A DNA stretch of 64,000 nt from Escherichia coli. GTDB lineage: Bacteria > Pseudomonadota > Gammaproteobacteria > Enterobacterales > Enterobacteriaceae. The notes beneath the pieces were generated by a model. It was given only the letters and a program-made list of their open reading frames with translations, ran no database searches and was not told the origin of the DNA. Where the stretch lies: assembly GCF_003019035.1 (NCBI RefSeq), contig NZ_CP027447.1; one strand, written 5' to 3'. Shown piece after piece: positions 54,557-64,000 of this stretch (position 1 is its first letter; the number at the start of each line of letters is the position of its first letter). Position numbers and translations under genes: made by a program.

Positions 54557-55561
54557 ATGGGCGATAGTATTCTTTCTCAAGCTGAAATTGATGCGCTGTT
54601 GAATGGTGACAGCGAAGTCAAAGACGAACCGACAGCCAGTGTTAGCGGCGAAAGTGACATTCGTCCGTACGATCCGAATACCCAACGACGGGTTGTGCGC
54701 GAACGTTTGCAGGCGCTGGAAATCATTAATGAGCGCTTTGCTCGCCATTTTCGTATGGGGCTGTTCAACCTGCTGCGCCGTAGCCCGGATATTACCGTCG
54801 GGGCCATCCGCATTCAGCCGTACCATGAATTTGCCCGCAACCTGCCGGTGCCGACCAACCTGAACCTTATCCATCTGAAACCGCTGCGCGGCACAGGGCT
54901 GGTGGTGTTCTCACCGAGTCTGGTGTTTATCGCCGTGGATAACCTGTTTGGCGGCGATGGACGCTTCCCGACCAAAGTGGAAGGTCGCGAGTTTACCCAT
55001 ACAGAACAGCGCGTCATCAACCGCATGTTAAAGCTGGCGCTTGAAGGCTATAGCGATGCCTGGAAGGCGATTAATCCGCTGGAAGTTGAGTACGTGCGTT
55101 CGGAAATGCAGGTGAAATTTACCAATATCACCACCTCGCCGAACGACATTGTGGTTAACACGCCGTTCCATGTGGAGATTGGCAACCTGACCGGCGAATT
55201 TAATATCTGCCTGCCATTCAGCATGATCGAGCCGCTACGGGAATTGTTGGTTAACCCGCCGCTGGAAAACTCGCGTAATGAAGATCAGAACTGGCGCGAT
55301 AACCTGGTGCGCCAGGTGCAGCATTCACAGCTCGAGCTGGTCGCCAACTTTGCCGATATATCGCTACGCCTGTCGCAGATTTTAAAACTGAAACCCGGTG
55401 ACGTCCTGCCGATAGAAAAACCCGATCGCATCATCGCCCATGTTGACGGCGTTCCGGTACTGACCAGTCAGTACGGCACCCTCAACGGTCAGTATGCGTT
55501 ACGGATAGAACATTTGATTAACCCGATTTTAAATTCTCTGAACGAGGAACAGCCCAAATGA
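54557..55561 (+). CDS. fliM: Flagellar motor switch protein FliM
   Basis: ORF MGDSILSQAEIDALLNGDSEVKDEPTASVSGESDIRPYDPNTQRR...; start at MGDSIL within the longer track ORF. Confidence 0.95.
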   Translation: MGDSILSQAEIDALLNGDSEVKDEPTASVSGESDIRPYDPNTQRRVVRERLQALEIINERFARHFRMGLFNLLRRSPDITVGAIRIQPYHEFARNLPVPTNLNLIHLKPLRGTGLVVFSPSLVFIAVDNLFGGDGRFPTKVEGREFTHTEQRVINRMLKLALEGYSDAWKAINPLEVEYVRSEMQVKFTNITTSPNDIVVNTPFHVEIGNLTGEFNICLPFSMIEPLRELLVNPPLENSRNEDQNWRDNLVRQVQHSQLELVANFADISLRLSQILKLKPGDVLPIEKPDRIIAHVDGVPVLTSQYGTLNGQYALRIEHLINPILNSLNEEQPK

Positions 55562-55971
55562 GTGACATGAATAATCCGGCCGATGACAACAACGGCGCAA
55601 TGGACGATCTGTGGGCTGAAGCGTTGAGCGAACAAAAATCAACCAGTGGCAAAAGCGCTGCCGACGCGGTGTTCCAGCAATTTGGCGGTGGTGATGTCAG
55701 CGGAACGTTGCAGGATATCGACCTGATTATGGATATTCCGGTCAAGCTGACCGTCGAGCTGGGCCGCACACGAATGACCATCAAAGAGTTATTGCGTCTG
55801 ACGCAAGGATCAGTCGTGGCGCTGGACGGTCTGGCGGGCGAACCGCTGGATATTCTGATCAACGGTTATTTAATTGCTCAGGGCGAAGTTGTCGTAGTCG
55901 CTGATAAATATGGCGTGCGGATCACCGATATCATTACTCCGTCTGAGCGGATGCGCCGCCTGAGCCGTTAG
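55558..55971 (+). CDS. fliN: Flagellar motor switch protein FliN
   Basis: 137-aa ORF MSDMNNPADDNNGAMDDLWAEALSEQKSTSGKSAADAVFQQF... Confidence 0.96.
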   Translation: MSDMNNPADDNNGAMDDLWAEALSEQKSTSGKSAADAVFQQFGGGDVSGTLQDIDLIMDIPVKLTVELGRTRMTIKELLRLTQGSVVALDGLAGEPLDILINGYLIAQGEVVVVADKYGVRITDIITPSERMRRLSR

Positions 55972-56339
55972 TGATGAATAACCACGCTACTGTGCAATCT
56001 CCCGCGCCGGTTTCTGCTGCGCCACTGCTGCAGGTGAGCGGCGCACTCATCGCCATTATTGCCCTGATCCTCGCTGCTGCCTGGCTGGTAAAACGGCTGG
56101 GATTTGCCCCGAAACGCACTGGCGTTAACGGTCTGAAAATTAGCGCCAGTGCTTCGCTGGGCGCGCGTGAACGGGTTGTGGTGGTCGATGTGGAAGATGC
56201 ACGGCTGGTGCTCGGCGTTACCGCAGGGCAAATCAATCTGCTGCATAAACTTCCCCCTTCAGCACCAACGGAAGAGATACCGCAGACCGATTTTCAGTCG
56301 GTCATGAAAAACTTGCTTAAGCGTAGCGGGAGATCCTGA
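55971..56339 (+). CDS. fliO: Flagellar biosynthesis protein FliO
   Basis: [46 protein letters not shown]... Confidence 0.92.
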   Translation: MMNNHATVQSPAPVSAAPLLQVSGALIAIIALILAAAWLVKRLGFAPKRTGVNGLKISASASLGARERVVVVDVEDARLVLGVTAGQINLLHKLPPSAPTEEIPQTDFQSVMKNLLKRSGRS

Positions 56340-57076
56340 TGCGTCGTTTGTTGTCTGTCGCACCTGTCCTTCTCTGGCTGGTTACGCCCCTCGCCTTCGC
56401 GCAACTACCGGGTATCACCAGCCAGCCGCTGCCTGGCGGTGGACAAAGCTGGTCGCTCCCGGTGCAGACGCTGGTGTTCATCACCTCGTTGACGTTTATT
56501 CCGGCAATTTTACTGATGATGACCAGTTTCACCCGCATCATCATTGTTTTTGGTTTATTGCGTAACGCGTTGGGAACACCCTCCGCGCCACCTAACCAGG
56601 TATTGCTGGGACTGGCGCTGTTTTTGACCTTTTTTATTATGTCGCCGGTGATCGATAAAATTTATGTCGATGCGTACCAGCCATTCAGCGAAGAGAAAAT
56701 CTCAATGCAGGAGGCGCTGGAAAACGGGGCGCAGCCGCTGCGTGAGTTTATGCTGCGTCAGACCCGTGAGGCGGATTTAGGGTTGTTTGCCAGACTGGCG
56801 AATACTGGCCCGTTGCAGGGACCTGAAGCTGTGCCGATGCGCATTTTGCTCCCGGCCTACGTGACCAGCGAGTTGAAAACCGCATTTCAGATAGGCTTCA
56901 CGATTTTCATTCCTTTTTTGATTATCGACCTGGTGATTGCCAGCGTGTTGATGGCATTGGGGATGATGATGGTTCCCCCAGCCACCATTGCTCTGCCCTT
57001 TAAACTGATGCTGTTTGTACTGGTGGATGGCTGGCAATTGCTGGTCGGTTCGCTGGCGCAGAGCTTTTACAGCTAG
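56339..57076 (+). CDS. fliP: Flagellar export apparatus protein FliP
   Basis: 245-aa [82 protein letters not shown]... Confidence 0.96.
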   Translation: MRRLLSVAPVLLWLVTPLAFAQLPGITSQPLPGGGQSWSLPVQTLVFITSLTFIPAILLMMTSFTRIIIVFGLLRNALGTPSAPPNQVLLGLALFLTFFIMSPVIDKIYVDAYQPFSEEKISMQEALENGAQPLREFMLRQTREADLGLFARLANTGPLQGPEAVPMRILLPAYVTSELKTAFQIGFTIFIPFLIIDLVIASVLMALGMMMVPPATIALPFKLMLFVLVDGWQLLVGSLAQSFYS

Positions 57077-57085
57077 AGAGGCAAA

Positions 57086-57355
57086 ATGACACCTGAATCG
57101 GTCATGATGATGGGGACTGAAGCGATGAAAGTCGCGCTGGCACTGGCTGCCCCACTGTTGCTGGTGGCGCTGGTCACGGGTCTTATCATCAGTATTTTGC
57201 AGGCCGCCACCCAGATTAACGAAATGACGCTGTCGTTTATTCCGAAAATCATCGCCGTATTTATCGCCATTATTATTGCCGGACCGTGGATGCTCAATCT
57301 GTTGCTGGATTACGTCCGCACCTTGTTCACTAACCTGCCGTATATCATCGGGTAG
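57086..57355 (+). CDS. fliQ: Flagellar export apparatus protein FliQ
   Basis: 89-aa [57 protein letters not shown]... Confidence 0.96.
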   Translation: MTPESVMMMGTEAMKVALALAAPLLLVALVTGLIISILQAATQINEMTLSFIPKIIAVFIAIIIAGPWMLNLLLDYVRTLFTNLPYIIG

Positions 57356-57363
57356 GCCGTACA

Positions 57364-58149
57364 ATGATGCAGGTAACAAGCGATCAATGGCTTTCCTGGT
57401 TAAGCCTGTACTTCTGGCCGTTACTGCGCGTGCTGGCGCTCATTTCTACCGCACCAATTCTGAGCGAACGCAGCGTGCCGAAACGGGTAAAACTGGGTCT
57501 GGCAATGATGATCACGTTCGCTATTGCCCCATCATTACCTGCCAACGATGTTCCTGTTTTTTCGTTCTTTGCTCTGTGGCTGGCCGTGCAGCAGATCCTG
57601 ATCGGCATTGCGCTTGGTTTTACCATGCAATTTGCCTTTGCCGCTGTGCGAACCGCTGGTGAAATTATCGGTCTGCAAATGGGGCTGTCATTTGCGACGT
57701 TTGTCGATCCGGCCAGCCATCTCAATATGCCCGTTTTAGCGCGTATCATGGATATGCTGGCGTTACTGCTGTTCCTGACATTTAACGGTCATTTATGGTT
57801 GATTTCACTGCTGGTCGATACCTTTCACACCCTGCCAATTGGTGGCGAACCGTTGAACAGCAATGCGTTTCTGGCACTCACCAAAGCAGGGAGTTTGATT
57901 TTCCTTAACGGGCTGATGCTGGCATTACCGCTCATTACTCTGCTGCTGACCCTGAATCTGGCATTAGGCTTACTTAATCGTATGGCCCCGCAATTATCCA
58001 TTTTTGTTATTGGATTTCCATTAACTCTGACTGTCGGTATCTCTTTAATGGCGGCATTAATGCCGTTAATTGCGCCTTTTTGCGAACATTTATTCAGTGA
58101 AATATTTAATTTGCTGGCTGATATTATTAGCGAATTACCATTAATATAA
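57364..58149 (+). CDS. fliR: Flagellar export apparatus protein FliR
   Basis: 261-aa polytopic [55 protein letters not shown]... Confidence 0.95.
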   Translation: MMQVTSDQWLSWLSLYFWPLLRVLALISTAPILSERSVPKRVKLGLAMMITFAIAPSLPANDVPVFSFFALWLAVQQILIGIALGFTMQFAFAAVRTAGEIIGLQMGLSFATFVDPASHLNMPVLARIMDMLALLLFLTFNGHLWLISLLVDTFHTLPIGGEPLNSNAFLALTKAGSLIFLNGLMLALPLITLLLTLNLALGLLNRMAPQLSIFVIGFPLTLTVGISLMAALMPLIAPFCEHLFSEIFNLLADIISELPLI

Positions 58150-58438
58150 TTCCGTAACGTTTATCATGTTATCCTAAGGATTATCCGAAAAATAATACCT
58201 ACGAACATCTTCCAGGATACTCCTGCGGCGAAATATTTGTTTTAAGCTCACTCACATATCGCAACATTTACTTTACTTTAAGACAATTCCAGGCAAATTA
58301 TACAACACTTTACGGGATAGTAAGTCCGCCTGAAAAATCGCGAGAGTGGCGCATTAGGTGACCCATGTTGTTCCGTTTAGTCATGATGAAATATTCAGGT
58401 AAGGGGAATTATCGTTACGCATTGAGTGAGGGTATGCC

Positions 58439-59062
58439 ATGTCAACGATTATTATGGATTTATGTAGTTACACCCGACTAGGTTTAACCGGGTATCTGTT
58501 GAGTAGAGGGGTTAAAAAAAGAGAAATCAACGATATTGAAACCGTTGATGACCTTGCCATAGCTTGTGATTCACAGCGCCCTTCAGTGGTGTTTATTAAT
58601 GAGGACTGTTTCATCCACGATGCTTCTAACAGTCAGCGTATCAAGCTCATCATTAATCAACATCCCAATACGTTATTTATCGTTTTTATGGCAATTGCCA
58701 ATGTTCATTTTGATGAATATCTATTGGTCAGAAAAAATTTATTGATCAGTTCTAAATCGATCAAACCGGAATCTCTCGACGATATCCTTGGCGATATTCT
58801 GAAAAAAGAGACAACGATAACCTCGTTTTTAAATATGCCGACGTTATCATTGAGCCGAACCGAATCGAGTATGTTGCGAATGTGGATGGCAGGTCAGGGA
58901 ACCATTCAAATCTCTGACCAAATGAATATCAAAGCCAAGACCGTTTCATCGCATAAAGGTAATATTAAACGTAAGATCAAAACGCATAATAAACAGGTTA
59001 TCTACCATGTCGTCCGACTGACGGATAATGTGACTAATGGTATTTTTGTCAACATGCGCTAA
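58439..59062 (+). CDS. rcsA: Colanic acid capsule regulator RcsA (LuxR-type)
   Basis: 207-aa [48 protein letters not shown]... with C-terminal HTH. Confidence 0.95.
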
Positions 59063-59105
59063 CACATTCTGACTGGTGGTTTCCCACCAGTCAGGCTGAA
59101 TTAGA

Positions 59106-59384
<279 letters not shown>

Positions 59385-59456
59385 CTATACTTAAGAGATG
59401 CCAGGCGGACTTAACGACTGGCGGCAACAACAGAGTAACGGTTGCGAGGAAAGATG

Positions 59457-59684
59457 ATGAAAACCGCAAAAGAGTACAGCGATACCGCAAAACGTGAGGT
59501 CAGCGTCGATGTCGATGCCCTGCTGGCGGCGATCAATGAAATTAGCGAAAGCGAAGTTCATCGCAGCCAGAACGATTCTGAACACGTTAGCGTCGATGGA
59601 CGTGAATATCATACATGGCGTGAATTGGCGGATGCCTTCGAACTGGATATTCATGACTTCAGCGTCTCTGAAGTGAATCGTTGA
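59457..59684 (+). CDS. yodD: Stress-induced protein YodD
   Basis: ORF MKTAKEYSDTAKREVSVDVDALLAAINEISESEVHRSQNDSEHVSVDGREYHTWRELADAFELDIHDFSVSEVNR; start at MKTAKEY within track ORF. Confidence 0.9.
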   Translation: MKTAKEYSDTAKREVSVDVDALLAAINEISESEVHRSQNDSEHVSVDGREYHTWRELADAFELDIHDFSVSEVNR

Positions 59685-59697
59685 ATGCACAATAAAA

Positions 59698-59784
59698 AAA
59701 TCCCGACCCTGAGGGGGTCGGGATGAAACTTGCTTAAGCAAGAAGCACTTAAAAAATTCGTTACACCAGGAAATCTGATGTGTT
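59698..59784 (-). ncRNA. dsrA: Small regulatory RNA DsrA (rpoS activator / hns repressor)
   Basis: Reverse complement reads AACACATCAGATTTCCTGGTGTAACGAATTTTTTAAGTGCTTCTTGCTTAAGCAAGTTTCATCCCGACCCCCTCAGGGTCGGGATTT, matching the DsrA sequence as I recall it, including its terminator hairpin. Confidence 0.9.
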
Positions 59785-59963
59785 CATCACCTTATCCGCA
59801 ATTTTTTTCGCTGACAAGAAAATATTCGTGATATGAATGATTAACGCTGCTTATGAATAGAAATGTGACGCGCGTCACCCCTTGGTGGCTCTGGTGTCAA
59901 CGGGATCGCTCCCGAAAAAATCATCTTTGATTATTTGTGCTGTTTTGAGAATCATCCTGGTAA

Positions 59964-62488
<2,525 letters not shown>

Positions 62489-62658
62489 CCTGACGACTCC
62501 CAACCTGCTTTTTTATGATTCTGGCATAACCCGGCGATAACGTACCGCAAAACAGCGATAATTTTATAATGGTGGCATGATAAGACGCGACTATCATTCA
62601 TTGCAGGCATTGGCACACCAGGCCGGATGTGATCCGGCCTGGTGTTAATGATACCCTT

Positions 62659-62841
62659 TCAAACTTCTTCCGCAGAACGACTCCCCTCCCCCGGAACAAG
62701 ATCGGTTTCATGAAAAGCTTCCCGCTTGACCCCGTAACCGTCATACCAACGACACTCAACCATACCGCTGGAGTATCCGGTGACAATCATCCGCGGGCCG
62801 CCCTCTTTAACCGTAACTTCCTCACTAACCATAAAGCTCAT
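62659..62841 (-). CDS. yodC: Small protein YodC
   Basis: 60-aa ORF MSFMVSEEVTVKEGGPRMIVTGYSSGMVECRWYDGYGVKREAFHETDLVPGEGSRSAEEV. Confidence 0.88.
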   Translation of the reverse strand: MSFMVSEEVTVKEGGPRMIVTGYSSGMVECRWYDGYGVKREAFHETDLVPGEGSRSAEEV

Positions 62842-62919
62842 ACTCGCCTCCTTTTTTCGAGTGAAACTTGTTCACCTTAGTTGAAGATGGCGAATTTTGC
62901 ATAATAGCCAGTGCGAGTA

Positions 62920-63837
62920 TTAATGTGCATGACCGCGCATTTTCGCTACTGCTTTCACTCCCAGCACCACGATGCCGCCGATGATAAATCCAAGAATCAG
63001 ATTTAAAACAGTCGGTAATATCATCGCCACCACTGCACTTTGCTGCCCGGCGATATGTTCAATAGCGTGATGCAGCGGCGCAATACCATGTACCACAATC
63101 CCGCCGCCGACGAGGAACATCGCCAGCGTGCCGACAATCGATAATGCTTTCATCAGCCAGGGCGCGATAATCAATAACCCTTTACCTAATGCCTGCATCA
63201 GCGCGCTGGATTTTTCCGCCAGCCAATACCCCAGGTCATCAATCTTAACGATAACCCCTACCAGACCGTAGACGCCCACGGTCACTACCAGCGCGATGCC
63301 TGAAAGCACCAGCACCTGATTAAGCAACGGCGCCTCTGCCACAATCCCCAGCGTGATGGCGACGATTTCCGCAGACAAAATAAAATCGGTACGAATCGCC
63401 CCTTTAATTTTGTCCTTTTCAAACTTCAGCGGATCCTGCGCCGCCAGCTTCTCCAGACGCTGCTGGCTCTGCGCTGGATCTTCTTTATGTTTACGCGCCT
63501 CCAGCATATGCAGCACTTTCTCTACCCCTTCAAAGCAGAGAAACGCGCCACCAATCATCAACAGTGGCGTAATCGCCCACGGGATAAACGCACTGATGAT
63601 CAGCGCCAGCGGCACCAGAATCACTTTATTGATCAGCGATCCTTTCGCCACGCCCCAGACCACGGGAAGTTCCCGGTTGGCCCGCACGCCTGAAACTTGT
63701 TGCGCATTGAGCGATAAATCATCCCCTAATACACCGGCGGTTTTCTTCGCCGCCAGTTTGCCCATCACGGAGATATCGTCCAGCAGTGTGGCGATATCAT
63801 CGAGCAACGTCAGTAAACTACTCCCGGCCAAAAGCAT
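62920..63837 (-). CDS. yedI: DUF808 family inner membrane protein YedI
   Basis: 305-aa polytopic membrane ORF at the yedI position. Confidence 0.9.
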   Translation of the reverse strand: MLLAGSSLLTLLDDIATLLDDISVMGKLAAKKTAGVLGDDLSLNAQQVSGVRANRELPVVWGVAKGSLINKVILVPLALIISAFIPWAITPLLMIGGAFLCFEGVEKVLHMLEARKHKEDPAQSQQRLEKLAAQDPLKFEKDKIKGAIRTDFILSAEIVAITLGIVAEAPLLNQVLVLSGIALVVTVGVYGLVGVIVKIDDLGYWLAEKSSALMQALGKGLLIIAPWLMKALSIVGTLAMFLVGGGIVVHGIAPLHHAIEHIAGQQSAVVAMILPTVLNLILGFIIGGIVVLGVKAVAKMRGHAH

Positions 63838-64000
63838 TCCCTCTCATTTTTATTGTTGAAGGGTGTAAGTATGAAGCAAAAACGGCAGCTCTGATACTTG
63901 CTTCACAGATCAACATTTATTTAACAATCAAGTGCAATTATATCTCTCGCCAGCAGAATGATTTTCACGTTTACTATGACCCACCTTTTTATTTCCACCG

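Noticed and set aside
59069-59094. Inverted repeat CTGACTGGTGG-TTTC-CCACCAGTCAG between rcsA and dsrB as an intrinsic terminator
   Set aside because: Strong hairpin but no T-run on either strand; may be a protein-binding palindrome or a Rho-dependent feature, so not called as a terminator.

Overview
This window is an Escherichia coli-type chromosomal segment covering the flagellar/chemotaxis regions II and III and the DNA between them. Gene order matches what I recall for K-12 (flhB, cheZYBR, tap, tar, cheWA, motBA, flhCD, uspC, otsAB, araHGF, ftnB, yecJ, azuC, yecR, ftnA, yecH, tyrP, yecA, leuZ-cysT-glyW, pgsA, uvrCY, yecF, sdiA, tcyNL, dcyD, tcyJ, fliZA, fliC, fliDST, amyA, yedDEFKL, fliE-R, rcsA, dsrB, yodD, dsrA, yedP, dgcQ, yodC, yedI). 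All identifications are from reading the translations and sequence against memory; no database search was run. The main anomaly is a lower-GC insertion of about 2.5 kb between the flhB start and the cheZ 3' end (540-3092), where K-12 has these genes adjacent. It carries two overlapping plus-strand genes: a Dgt-family HD-domain dNTP triphosphohydrolase homologue with intact metal-binding motifs, and a 250-aa protein with a tRNA-nucleotidyltransferase-like Pol-beta head motif (GGMVRD...SDLDIV). I propose this as a candidate accessory, possibly anti-phage or toxin-like, nucleotide-metabolism cassette, but its function is inference only. Other non-K-12 features are a shorter fliC (426 aa) with a divergent fliD, a compact yedL-fliE interval, and an IS-free flhDC upstream region. 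No CRISPR array, integrase or IS element was seen.
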